Below are positions 38,325-47,843 of a stretch of 52,902 nt of DNA, piece by piece. A program made the translations under genes and the position numbers. The first letter of the stretch is position 1. Each line of letters opens with the position of its first letter. The notes under the pieces are model-generated. The model was not told the origin of the DNA. It saw only the letters and a program-made list of their open reading frames with translations, and made no database searches. This stretch comes from an uncultured Gammaproteobacteria bacterium (GTDB taxonomy: Bacteria; Patescibacteriota; Patescibacteriia; Magasanikbacterales; UBA922): positions 8,594-61,495 of the forward strand of contig CAZNAO010000002.1 in the NCBI GenBank assembly GCA_964571295.1, in the 5' to 3' direction.

Positions 38325-38891
38325 ATGGATCTCACCGCTGAGTTTCTAGCACAGTACAAGGCTGGAAATCAAGGTGCACATACACTCGTATACCAACACT
38401 ACCAAGGAAAGATATTCCGTACCATCATACGCATGGTCAAGGATGAACAGATAGCTGCAGAGTTGACGCAGGAGACATTTCTCAAATCGATCGAACACGC
38501 GAAGTCCTTCAACACGCGTTATCAGCTGAGCACCTGGCTCTACCGCATCGCACAGAACCTGGCAATCTCACACCTACGCCGAAAACGAAACCGGAGATAC
38601 ACCAACTACACCGAAGAGGGCGGATATATTGGCAACTCATCTCGTGTTGCAAGTCTGAATCCTCACATTGAACCGTACGATGCGGCCATGATCGCAGAGC
38701 TCCTGCATGCATTTTCGAAACTCAGTCCCAAGGAACAACTCCTTCTGGAGCTCCAGTTCAAGGGAATGACCTTCGAAGAAGTGGCTCATGAACTCAACTG
38801 TCCAGTGGCAAACACGACCAAAACACAGACTATTCGAGCTCGAGCTAAGATGCGTGCGCTCATGCCGGATTATGTCCGGCGCATCCCATAA
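38325..38891 (+). CDS. sigma-70 family (ECF-like) sigma factor
   Basis: AAGGAG RBS 6 nt before the ATG at 38325. Region 2 LSTWLYRIAQNLAISHLRR, plus a region 4 HTH. Promoter TTGACA(38188)-17 nt-TATATT upstream. Confidence 0.8.
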   Translation: MDLTAEFLAQYKAGNQGAHTLVYQHYQGKIFRTIIRMVKDEQIAAELTQETFLKSIEHAKSFNTRYQLSTWLYRIAQNLAISHLRRKRNRRYTNYTEEGGYIGNSSRVASLNPHIEPYDAAMIAELLHAFSKLSPKEQLLLELQFKGMTFEEVAHELNCPVANTTKTQTIRARAKMRALMPDYVRRIP

Positions 38892-39039
38892 TTGAGGAAG
38901 ACACCGTGGGTTAAGGAACGATTTCGTGTGTACTGCAACATGTTCGCAGTAGACGGATCCCGAAATCGAGGAATATTTCTGGAGCGAATCCGTCGCTCCA
39001 CTACAAAAGAACACCACAGGTGGTGCTCTTTTGTTTTTC

Positions 39040-39456
39040 TTAGGAAATCGATTTGAGAGTTTTAGTGAACGTTTCAAGAGAAGCGTGCGTGTCTTTACCC
39101 AACACTTCCTCGACCAGAATCTCTGCCCGCTCCATTCCTTCCTGAAACAATTCCCTTCCTGATGTCCGAAGTGCTACATAACTGACTCTGGCATCACGAG
39201 CGTCTGCCTGTCGCTTGATATATCCGATTTTTTCCATCGGCAAGAGGAGGCGGGTAATGCCCGACGGGGTCAACCCCATTTTTTCTGCAAGGTCAGTACG
39301 GCGCATTTTCCCTTCTTCCGCCTGATTCAGATGAAACATGATAATGAACTCACTCCATCCGAGCCCCCCAAGCCGCGCATCAAAACGACGGGACATAACC
39401 GCATAGGTCTTGGCAACCTCTATGAAAAACTCCACCCCAGCACGTGTCTGTTTCAT
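39040..39456 (-). CDS. MarR family transcriptional regulator
   Basis: Winged-helix core RRTDLAEKMGLTPSGITRLLLPMEKIGYIKR. Confidence 0.9.
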   Translation of the reverse strand: MKQTRAGVEFFIEVAKTYAVMSRRFDARLGGLGWSEFIIMFHLNQAEEGKMRRTDLAEKMGLTPSGITRLLLPMEKIGYIKRQADARDARVSYVALRTSGRELFQEGMERAEILVEEVLGKDTHASLETFTKTLKSIS

Positions 39457-39546
39457 AATTAATTTGATTAATACTTAATATATCAACCATATTACAACAG
39501 TATACTTGTCTTGTCAAGAGTTGCTGATATGCTATGATACCTCTCT

Positions 39547-40050
39547 ATGCAACTCCCCTATCGTAAGCCCGGAAAATACAGTCAGGCTCCGTTTGACCCC
39601 TACCTCACCCAGGAGAAATACGACGAACTTTCTCGAAAACTTGAACGCCTTTTCCAGAAACGCCCGCTTGCCGCACAAGAAGTAGGACGGCTTGCTGAGC
39701 TTGGGGATTTTTCAGAAAATGTCGAATATCAACTCGCTAAAGGACGTTTGCGACGAATCAATGAACAGATACTCATCCTCGAAAATCAGCTCAAACAGGC
39801 AAAAGTCATCCGTACCGATCACTCTTCCCCTTTTGTAGAACTCGGTGACACGCTGGAAGTCGTGGTAAACGGTACCACAAAAACACTTACCATTCTTGGA
39901 TCTTCTGAAACCGATCCTACCCGCGGAATTATTTCCCAACATTCACCAATCGGTACCGCATTACTTGGGAAACGAATTGGAGAAACTGTTGCCATTCCGA
40001 TCGGGAAACGGACCGTCACCTATACGATCACATCAAAAAAGCGCCTGTAA
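39547..40050 (+). CDS. greA: transcription elongation factor GreA
   Basis: Coiled-coil N-terminal domain with GDFSENVEY, followed by a C-terminal FKBP-like domain. Confidence 0.9.
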   Translation: MQLPYRKPGKYSQAPFDPYLTQEKYDELSRKLERLFQKRPLAAQEVGRLAELGDFSENVEYQLAKGRLRRINEQILILENQLKQAKVIRTDHSSPFVELGDTLEVVVNGTTKTLTILGSSETDPTRGIISQHSPIGTALLGKRIGETVAIPIGKRTVTYTITSKKRL

Positions 40051-40059
40051 GCGCTTTTT

Positions 40060-41262
40060 TTAATTTTGTTCGATTTCCCGGGACAAAAGCAGTTTACCTT
40101 TCTCTGCCCATTCAACAAATCCTCCGTGCTCCATTTCAAGAATATAATCGCTCACGATCGTTTTGCGGTCCGCAGGATCCGCATCTGTCTCTAGATATTT
40201 CTCGATACAATCGTATTGGAATTCCAATCGTTCCTGTTCGTCTTCAATCTGAAGCCACAAATTATTTTCAAATGCCCAGGTAATAAATTCAGGGTCGTCT
40301 TTCTTTTCTTTAATCATCATTCGTAAACTCTCCTGGATCGCTGCTACATTATTACCACTATAGTCGTCTTTTGACAGATACCCCTTGATCGGTTCCATGG
40401 TTTTTTGCAAATATTCATTCAACTGATCTGGGATGTACGGGATATCCGCGACTGTATGTGCTGGTCGCATCGCAAGCGTGATTTTTTCTGGATTTTCTGA
40501 AATTTTCATATTCGAGAGGGTGCGTACGATAGTTTCCGCCTCATCAAATGTGAGATCAGTTTGTATGATTTTGTAGATAATGTAATGAAGTACGGCGTCG
40601 ATTTTTCCTGGGTCATCCGGAATATAATCAATAAGCATACGCTTGATAAAGGTCGAGTGATTGTGCGCACGCTGCGGCTCACCAATTTGATATACATGGC
40701 GCTGACGAAGCCACTGCAGAGTCTCAGTTGTCGGTAATCGGAGACTCCGAAGGATTCCTAATGTTTCAGAAAATCCAACAATGACAACATAATCAGCTTT
40801 CTGTCCCAGAATTTTTTCGATCTGCGTGATACCATATTCGATCCCACCGAATCCGCACGCATTCGATACATAATAATCGCTTGAAGTGGTCCCAGCACCC
40901 GGAGGCAACGGCGAATAGGTACCGCGCGGAACTGCAGTAATGGTCACCTGTTCTTTTTTTGTATCAATCGAAACCATCTGAATCACATCACAGTGTCCAG
41001 CGGTCTGACCTACGCGTTTATCAAGACCAAGCAACAGTACCCGTACGATACCATCATCCCCAAATGGATCCGAATCCTTAGTGGTATCTTTTTCCATTTT
41101 TGCCCGCCGAGCTGACAGCACCCTCTCGATTGCTTCTTCTTGTGCCCGTACCACCGCACGCCCATCGTCCCCTGCTTTAAACCATAACAATGCCTTATAC
41201 CCATACCAGGCCAGGACTCCAATTATCAGAATACCGAGAATAATTATTAGTGTTTTTTTCAT
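40060..41262 (-). CDS. LytR-CpsA-Psr (LCP) family protein with C-terminal extension
   Basis: N-terminal TM. VLLLGLDKR...GHCDVIQMVSID resembles the LCP core motif. Confidence 0.6.
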   Translation of the reverse strand: MKKTLIIILGILIIGVLAWYGYKALLWFKAGDDGRAVVRAQEEAIERVLSARRAKMEKDTTKDSDPFGDDGIVRVLLLGLDKRVGQTAGHCDVIQMVSIDTKKEQVTITAVPRGTYSPLPPGAGTTSSDYYVSNACGFGGIEYGITQIEKILGQKADYVVIVGFSETLGILRSLRLPTTETLQWLRQRHVYQIGEPQRAHNHSTFIKRMLIDYIPDDPGKIDAVLHYIIYKIIQTDLTFDEAETIVRTLSNMKISENPEKITLAMRPAHTVADIPYIPDQLNEYLQKTMEPIKGYLSKDDYSGNNVAAIQESLRMMIKEKKDDPEFITWAFENNLWLQIEDEQERLEFQYDCIEKYLETDADPADRKTIVSDYILEMEHGGFVEWAEKGKLLLSREIEQN

Positions 41263-41324
41263 GCAAACTATCCTACTATTTTTGGTTCAAAAAGACAACT
41301 GCCGTACTGTGCATGTCTTGTGTA

Positions 41325-41400
41325 TCAAAAAACCACCCATCGTTTGTAGTAAGTATATCCCTATTGCATACTTACCACAATCGAAGTGTGGGTGGTTTTT
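41325..41400. terminator. long imperfect hairpin with flanking A/T runs
   Basis: AAAAAACCACCCA...TGGGTGGTTTTTT enclosing a second helix (GTAGTAAGTAT/ATACTTACCAC). It lies downstream of the 2H-phosphoesterase gene. Confidence 0.5.
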
Positions 41401-41450
41401 TGCACGCACACCTCGATTAGTGTACGAACCTTAGCCCGTATCGTGTTCCA

Positions 41451-42146
41451 TCACAGCGGAAAACGGTGATGCACGACGAAATTCATGCCCTTCTGATTGA
41501 GCTCGTAGGACACGATGTCGACCGCGGAGAAGACATTGTCCCGCTGCACGATCGGGCACGTCTCCACGATACGCGCCAGCTCGCTCTTCTCGAGGATCTC
41601 GGGTGAGACCAGCTCAGTGAAGCGTGCGAGTGTCATGTGCACTCCCCACGGTTCGACCGGCAGCACACCTCGCACCCTAACCCTCTCGAGCATGAACGAC
41701 ATCATCTCGATCAGTTCAGAAGCAGGGTACGCTGTCACGAGTGCCGTTGTCCGATTGAAAATCGCACGGTTGAGTTTGCTCATGAGACGGCTCTTGTCGT
41801 GACTCGCCCACTGTTGCACAGTCTCCTCGACCGCATCATGGAAGATGTCCACGAGACGATCTTTTTCTTCGTCACTTCCCGGTACATCCGTGACCGTGAC
41901 CGTAGTATGGAGATCGGTCGGTCGGTAGACGAGCACCGACGGAAGTACCCGCTTCATGTCGAGAGTCCATTGTGCGAACTCTTGCATGATCGACACCTGC
42001 GGACGCAGGACGATCCCGACACCACTCGCACGGTTCTGGTACGCCGGGTCGGGCACGAGTCCTTCCTTGATCGCATCCCGGTATCCGAACCATAATTTCT
42101 GATGGATTTTCTCCTGGTGCTGCACGAACTCGGGGTAGTTGAGCAC
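41451..42146 (-). CDS. 2H phosphoesterase superfamily (LigT-like) protein, GC-rich
   Basis: Two HxT/S motifs at the appropriate spacing: LHTTVTV and VHMTLAR. GTG start with a GGAAGG RBS. Confidence 0.55.
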   Translation of the reverse strand: MLNYPEFVQHQEKIHQKLWFGYRDAIKEGLVPDPAYQNRASGVGIVLRPQVSIMQEFAQWTLDMKRVLPSVLVYRPTDLHTTVTVTDVPGSDEEKDRLVDIFHDAVEETVQQWASHDKSRLMSKLNRAIFNRTTALVTAYPASELIEMMSFMLERVRVRGVLPVEPWGVHMTLARFTELVSPEILEKSELARIVETCPIVQRDNVFSAVDIVSYELNQKGMNFVVHHRFPL

Positions 42147-42283
42147 GATTTACCTTCCTTTTTGGGTTGTGAGTGTCTTTTCGGACTATATGTATCTATC
42201 ACGTCAACCTTATTTTGTCAAGCTATGGATATATCAAAAAATGCCTCTGATAGGCATTTTTACTAATACGAAAGAAGTCAATC

Positions 42284-42937
42284 CTAGGATTTTACTTTTC
42301 TCTCTTTCTTTTGGATTTCTTTTCCCGTGACAATCAAATAAATCAATACGCTCACTATTGCCGCAAAAAAACACCAGACTGACGTAAAATTTTCATAATA
42401 CAGCCACGACGCAATAAATGCCGAAACTGCCATTACGGAAAATACTACTTTGACCATATATCTGCTCGACATTACTCCCGCCCCGACCGTCACGAGTATA
42501 TAGATTATTGCAGCCACCATGCTATAAGGAGCCGAATAGTTATAATAGATACACTGATTCACCACTGATGCAGGTGTAGGATTCAGAAGAAAATTAGCAT
42601 ATAAATATATGCCGAGCGCCGTACCTACGAGACACGCGGCCGTAAGCACCTTTCGCCGCCACCCAAACGGCTCAATACTGCGCACCGCAAATGGGACGAA
42701 TGCCGGCCACCAGAATAGTGCAAAAAATAAAAACAGTGAACTTAATAACAACGTGTCTTTACCCGTCCCTCCGATACTCAACCACAACCCACCTTCGACT
42801 GCCTGCTGAATTGCAAAGACGAGTGGCAGTGTTGCGAGTGGAAGCATTTTCTTTTCTTTTGTCCGTATAATTGCAGCTATCCCAGTCGCGCCGAGCACGG
42901 CGCTTGCGGTAAAACTTGCAGCAGCTGAAAAACACAT
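42284..42937 (-). CDS. integral membrane protein of unknown function
   Basis: 217 aa, about 6-7 TM helices. A terminator hairpin lies at 42238-42262. Confidence 0.6.
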   Translation of the reverse strand: MCFSAAASFTASAVLGATGIAAIIRTKEKKMLPLATLPLVFAIQQAVEGGLWLSIGGTGKDTLLLSSLFLFFALFWWPAFVPFAVRSIEPFGWRRKVLTAACLVGTALGIYLYANFLLNPTPASVVNQCIYYNYSAPYSMVAAIIYILVTVGAGVMSSRYMVKVVFSVMAVSAFIASWLYYENFTSVWCFFAAIVSVLIYLIVTGKEIQKKERKVKS

Positions 42938-42946
42938 AGATAGAGC

Positions 42947-45900
42947 TTAGTTACACGCGGCTGCATTCAGTGCGGCACGGGTCGCGGGTCCGATATACCC
43001 AACCTGTTCGATACCCTGAGCTTTCTGGAAACGAAGTACAGCATCTCTCGTGAGAGGACCAAAAAATGCGGTCGGTATATGAGAAAAATATGATGCTTTG
43101 GTTAATAATGTCTGTGCCATTCGAACCGAATCATTGGTCATACCATACGTAAGGGTCTGCTCGGTCCTGAGGCAGGCAGCACTACCACCCTCCCTTCGTG
43201 TGGCAGTGGATTCTCGTGTTGACCCATTACACGAACCTTCGTGTATCTGTTTTATTTTTGCAAGACTCGTCGTGTAGATATACCCTGTTCCTTTAAAAAT
43301 ACCCCATGGTGCCAAGACATCGGCTGCATTTTTTTCTTGCCACCGGATCACCGCATCGACATCAATTTTTTCATAGATTCCATTAATCGGAAGTTGTGTC
43401 CCCTCATACGTATTCAAAAATTTTTCCAGAAGACGCACATCATCAGGATTATTAGTAGTTCCGAATTTTACCGGATTATGCAGGTATACTTCTACCGCAC
43501 AGGCAAGAGTGGGAGGAGACACCACCACCGATGTCTCCGTGAGTGTAATCGTGTCAGAAATTACCAACGTACCCCCATCTCCTGACCGAAGCTTTACATA
43601 TACCGTTTTCATTCCCGGTGTCGCACTGAGCGTGTATGGATATGAATTTGCAAATTGCACAAAAGTAGCGTTTTCAAATTTAGGATCTTCGCTTATTGCC
43701 ATTTCTACTGCATTAGTCGCACTGACGGAAAGCGTGACACTTCTTTCAGAAGTTTCCGCTGCTCCTGTATTTATTTCAAGTGCACCAGTAGAGGTAGTTG
43801 CTCTGGTAATTTTCGGAATACTTGGTGGAGTGAAGGTGCTGCCAGAAGAAACCGGCTGACCGAATAATCCAAAAATGGAAAAACTGTTCGAGGTGCAACT
43901 GATCGTATTTGCCGCGGTATCCGTCGTACAATTTTCGAGTTTTTGCCACGAACTATTATGGTAATGATAGAGTGCAAGTGTCGTCTCACGCAGACCGAGA
44001 ATATCGGCATCGGAGTACGTATAGGTAATCGTCACTGGGGCATCAAACGAATCAAGTACGGTTGTACCATTGATGATCGCTTTCGCATCGAATACAACCG
44101 GACCCACTTTTTCCGCACGCGTAAACGGCATACCGGTCGCACTGAGAGCCTGGGTTCCGGATAATGCGTGCACTTGAATTACAACCGAATCTGAGGACGT
44201 GGTGATATTTGCCGGAAACGTAAACTGTATTGCCGAATTCTGTTCCGAAAGTCCCGTCGAACCTCCCGAGGCTGTAGTGATAGGAGTAGAGGTCGCGGCT
44301 GATACCGATGCCTGCCCCGTACAGCCGGATGTCATAAATACTCCATCAGCATCAGTCGAAGTCGAGACATTTCCCCAGCGATCACGTGATTCCACTTTGT
44401 AGTAATAGGTCGTACAAGAAATAAGCGAGGAGACCGGTGAGCCGTGCGTATACACGCGCGTACTCGTATTTATTTCATTCGTACTCATATAACTTGAGGT
44501 TGGTGTAATCGTATAATACACCCTGCTCGATGCTGATTCATTGGTATTCCAGCTGATAGTTGCCGTGGTCGCACCCGTGACTGCTGCCACATTGGTAATA
44601 ATAGGCGCCACATGTTCCTCGATCAAAACCGTAACTAGAATCGTATCCGTTCCCCCGATACCGTCCGACGCTTCGACTACAAAACTATCTTCTCCACTAT
44701 AGTCTTCAACCGGAATATAAGTGACCGTAATACTATCTCCCACACCGGTCGAACTGACAGTGCCATGGGATGCAGCACCTGACACACTCCATGAAATACT
44801 GTGATAATCAGGATCAGTCGCGTTCAAGGTCAATGAAAACGGAACCGGGTCGGCATTCATATCCATCGTCACTTCGACTTCGCCACCTTCGGTAATTTCC
44901 GGAGGATTATTGATATCGGTAAATCCGATACTTCGGAAGGTTGCATTGCTTTCATCATATCCGTCAAATACTACAAATTCAACCATTCGTGAGTCGGATA
45001 CGGGCTCGGTACTGCTGTTCATATATCGTACCGACCGAAGTGCAGCCTGGTAATTGGCGAGTGTTGAGGTGCCGGTAAGATACAATACACCACTCACGAA
45101 CGTTCCACTGATGCCATTCTGATTGATGAATATAAGGCTGTCTTCCTCCGACTCGTAATTGTCCGTAATAGCAATCGTCGAACTTACGATCTCGTCTGAG
45201 TCAACATCAGTAATGGTTACCGCGTCGTCAATAATGACCCCTCCTGATCCAGTAACATATTGCATTTCTGGACGCGTAACCGCAGGAAACAGCGATGCCT
45301 GCGGAATCACTGTCATGCCCTGACCCGGGTATTGCCATTGCAGAATTGCCACTTCCCCACCTCCCCGTTCATAGAATTCAAATCGGATATCATGCATTGA
45401 ATCAGCCTCGAAGGTGACCGGTGTTGCATAATCAAGAGTCGTACCATGCAACGTCCAGTTGTCGAGTACCAATTCTCCATCGATCCACAACCGGACCCCA
45501 TCGTCGCTATACGTAGTAAAAATAAACTCACCGCTTACCGGAGCTTTCACCTGTCCGGTCCACCTGACACTGAAATTTTCCACATCCAGTCCTGGAACGC
45601 CAAAATTATTTTCAAAATTTACTGTGCTATCGATTCTCTGATACGTCGGCCCCGTAAGATCCCATTCATTGATATAGTATGTCGCACTCAACCCAATTCC
45701 TGTGGGACCGCTCAGGGTCTGAAGCACGGGAGCGTCATTGACTGCAGTAATCGGTATCGTCACAGTTGATGAAGGAGAATTGACAGCGCCATCATGCGGA
45801 TCAACAACTACATATACGAAAAAAGCATCGGTGTCACGACCTGCGTCTGGTCTAAACCTGAAATCAATCGTATCAGTATTTAAACTAAGTGTGGTGCCCG

Positions 45901-46216
45901 CAGTTCCCAACCCAATACTACTACCATCTCCCGTCCACAGTGTCCCTCCGGTTACACTAATAATACGTATTGCTGATGGCGCACCACCTTCAGGATCGAC
46001 TAAATTGGGCACAATCAATCTAATATTTGAGCTTTCCGGCTGTACTGCATCTTCATTGATACTCACCGGACTCTCATCGATCGGACTGACCACGGTCGTA
46101 TTGCCGCCCGCCTCGGGTGCTGCGGCGCGTACCACTCCTACGCCGATATTCAAAAAGCAGAGTGAGAATATCGTTACGACGCTTATCATGCGCACTAATA
46201 GTTTGCGATTTTTCAT
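42947..46216 (-). CDS. giant secreted adhesin-like protein (cadherin-like, PA14, Fn3, C-terminal peptidoglycan-binding domain)
   Basis: Signal peptide MKNRKLLVRMISVVTIFSL. NDAPV and NNPPEI cadherin-like motifs. PA14-like YYINEWDL...FSVRWTGQV...DDGVRLWIDGELVLDNW. Fn3-like ATISWNTNESASSRVYY. PG_binding_1-like VRMAQTLL...RDAVLRFQKAQGI. Confidence 0.8.
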   Translation of the reverse strand: MKNRKLLVRMISVVTIFSLCFLNIGVGVVRAAAPEAGGNTTVVSPIDESPVSINEDAVQPESSNIRLIVPNLVDPEGGAPSAIRIISVTGGTLWTGDGSSIGLGTAGTTLSLNTDTIDFRFRPDAGRDTDAFFVYVVVDPHDGAVNSPSSTVTIPITAVNDAPVLQTLSGPTGIGLSATYYINEWDLTGPTYQRIDSTVNFENNFGVPGLDVENFSVRWTGQVKAPVSGEFIFTTYSDDGVRLWIDGELVLDNWTLHGTTLDYATPVTFEADSMHDIRFEFYERGGGEVAILQWQYPGQGMTVIPQASLFPAVTRPEMQYVTGSGGVIIDDAVTITDVDSDEIVSSTIAITDNYESEEDSLIFINQNGISGTFVSGVLYLTGTSTLANYQAALRSVRYMNSSTEPVSDSRMVEFVVFDGYDESNATFRSIGFTDINNPPEITEGGEVEVTMDMNADPVPFSLTLNATDPDYHSISWSVSGAASHGTVSSTGVGDSITVTYIPVEDYSGEDSFVVEASDGIGGTDTILVTVLIEEHVAPIITNVAAVTGATTATISWNTNESASSRVYYTITPTSSYMSTNEINTSTRVYTHGSPVSSLISCTTYYYKVESRDRWGNVSTSTDADGVFMTSGCTGQASVSAATSTPITTASGGSTGLSEQNSAIQFTFPANITTSSDSVVIQVHALSGTQALSATGMPFTRAEKVGPVVFDAKAIINGTTVLDSFDAPVTITYTYSDADILGLRETTLALYHYHNSSWQKLENCTTDTAANTISCTSNSFSIFGLFGQPVSSGSTFTPPSIPKITRATTSTGALEINTGAAETSERSVTLSVSATNAVEMAISEDPKFENATFVQFANSYPYTLSATPGMKTVYVKLRSGDGGTLVISDTITLTETSVVVSPPTLACAVEVYLHNPVKFGTTNNPDDVRLLEKFLNTYEGTQLPINGIYEKIDVDAVIRWQEKNAADVLAPWGIFKGTGYIYTTSLAKIKQIHEGSCNGSTRESTATRREGGSAACLRTEQTLTYGMTNDSVRMAQTLLTKASYFSHIPTAFFGPLTRDAVLRFQKAQGIEQVGYIGPATRAALNAAACN

Positions 46217-46369
46217 AGGTGCACATAGTATACCACAAATCATCCATAGTTTATGGACACCGATGTGGATGAATGTATATATTAAAACACCTCCCGAAAG
46301 AGGTGTGAGATTCAGCACAAAGAGCACCTCTTCGACGATTCCGGTGACGGAACCAGAGAACGGCGAATA

Positions 46370-47293
46370 CTATATCTTCTTCGGAAAAATAACCGAGAGC
46401 AATAGTGAGAATCCGAGCGCTGACATGATCACACTGAACGACACTACGGACGAAAGATGGATGTGGAATAATCCCGCAAGCATCTTCAATCCGATGAAGA
46501 TGAGGATAAATGACAACCCTTTCTGCAGGTAATGGAACCGGTGAACAACACCTTCGATCAGGAAGAAGAGTGATCGAAGTCCCATAATCGCGAAGATGTT
46601 TGAGGTGAAGACAATAAACGGATCCTGGGAGATCGAGAATGCCGCAGGGATGGAATCTACCGCAAAGATGATATCCGTCGCCTCTACGAGGAGTACGATC
46701 ATGAAGAGGACTGTCGCATGACGCTTGCCATTTTCCTTCAGGAAGAATTTGCCATCATGGTAATTGGTACTGAATCTGAATAGTTTCTTTGCGAATTTCA
46801 ATATCGCATGGTCATGAAAATCCGCATGCTCTTCTTTCTTGTCCCAGAAGAGTTTGACACCGGTATAGAGAAGAATCGCTCCAAAGATATAGAGTACCCA
46901 GTGGAACTGACTGATAATAAACGCTCCCAATCCGATGAATATCGCACGGAATACGATCGCGCCCATGATACCCCAGAACAATACCTTGTGGTAATACTTT
47001 TCCTCGAGCCCGAAGAAGTTGAAAATAAGCAGGATGACAAAGAGATTATCGACTGAAAGCATCTTCTCGGTCACGTATGCGCTCATGAAGGTAATTGCTG
47101 CGTCGCCACTCATGAATGCCCAGATGAGCCCTGCAAATGCTACTGAGGTGCCGATCCAGAACATCGACTGCAAGAATGCGGATTTGATTGAGATCTTGTG
47201 CGCTTTTCGATTGAAGTATCCAAGATCTAAGGCTAAAAACCCGACAACAATAACCGCAAATACGATAAACAGATTGAGCTCGGTGAGGAGCAT
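46370..47293 (-). CDS. TerC family integral membrane protein
   Basis: Typical TerC pattern (EKMLSVDNLFV, VDSIPA). Confidence 0.9.
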   Translation of the reverse strand: MLLTELNLFIVFAVIVVGFLALDLGYFNRKAHKISIKSAFLQSMFWIGTSVAFAGLIWAFMSGDAAITFMSAYVTEKMLSVDNLFVILLIFNFFGLEEKYYHKVLFWGIMGAIVFRAIFIGLGAFIISQFHWVLYIFGAILLYTGVKLFWDKKEEHADFHDHAILKFAKKLFRFSTNYHDGKFFLKENGKRHATVLFMIVLLVEATDIIFAVDSIPAAFSISQDPFIVFTSNIFAIMGLRSLFFLIEGVVHRFHYLQKGLSFILIFIGLKMLAGLFHIHLSSVVSFSVIMSALGFSLLLSVIFPKKI

Positions 47294-47422
47294 AGATCAT
47301 GTGTTCAAGATGGAAATTTGAATGAAGGAAAGTATAGCAGAGAACTAAACAATAATCAATGCATTGCATTATTACTATATAACTAAAAAGAATACACTCT
47401 TTTGCATGTATTCTTTTTTATC

Positions 47423-47437
47423 GCTCGGGCGACTGGA
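47423..47437. repeat. degenerate copy of the tRNA-Gln(UUG) 3' end (att-like scar)
   Basis: GCTCGGGCGACTGGA here versus GCTCGGGGACAGGGA at 47843-47857. The copy is immediately adjacent to an orphan terminator hairpin at 47389-47420. Confidence 0.45.
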
Positions 47438-47446
47438 CGACGTTAA

Positions 47447-47840
47447 AACTTTGGTACCTACTATTACCGCATCTCGTGTCGAGTGAGAGGCCCCACATAC
47501 CCGCTCGCCGGAATATTCCAACTTAATTGATGATACGCTCTACAAGAGTAAAATTGAGGCTTTAAACAATGAGCAAGTATCGCTTGAGACCCAGCGAACA
47601 CGATTACTTGAAAAAGCAACCTATAACCCTTCTCGCACTTTGGAACGCATCAAAGAGGTATTTTTAACTGCAAATACAGCCAAAAAAGAATTTCTTACTG
47701 CAGAAAATAACAAACGAAGACAATTACTTGGAATTTTACTTTGGAACCATTTAATTGTAGATCAAAAAATCGCTAAAACTACATTCAAAGCTCCCTATTC
47801 GTATATAGCAAAAACCACCCAAAAGGGTGATTTTGCAACA
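47447..47840 (+). pseudogene. large serine recombinase, C-terminal remnant (frameshifted, no catalytic domain)
   Basis: Frame +2 gives FGTYYYRISC, which looks like a zinc-ribbon YYYxC motif. After a frameshift the sequence reads ...LERIKEVFLTANTAKKEFLTAENNKRRQLLGILLWNHLIVDQKIAKTTFKAPYSYI. This follows the conserved C-terminal pattern of large serine recombinases (F..A..AK..F..G....KR.IL..LGSNL.L.DKKL). The ORF then runs through a terminator and into the tRNA. Confidence 0.55.
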
Positions 47841-47843
47841 ATG

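Noticed and set aside
45738-46532. 264-aa plus-strand ORF spanning the 5' end of the giant adhesin gene and the TerC 3' end
   Set aside because: It is antisense to two well-supported genes and crosses their intergenic region. The sequence is low-complexity (Ser/Thr/Pro-rich).
47294-47388. Manganese (yybP-ykoY) riboswitch upstream of TerC
   Set aside because: The 5' UTR after the TTGATT-17 nt-TATACT promoter is too short and too AT-rich to hold the roughly 100-nt four-helix aptamer.
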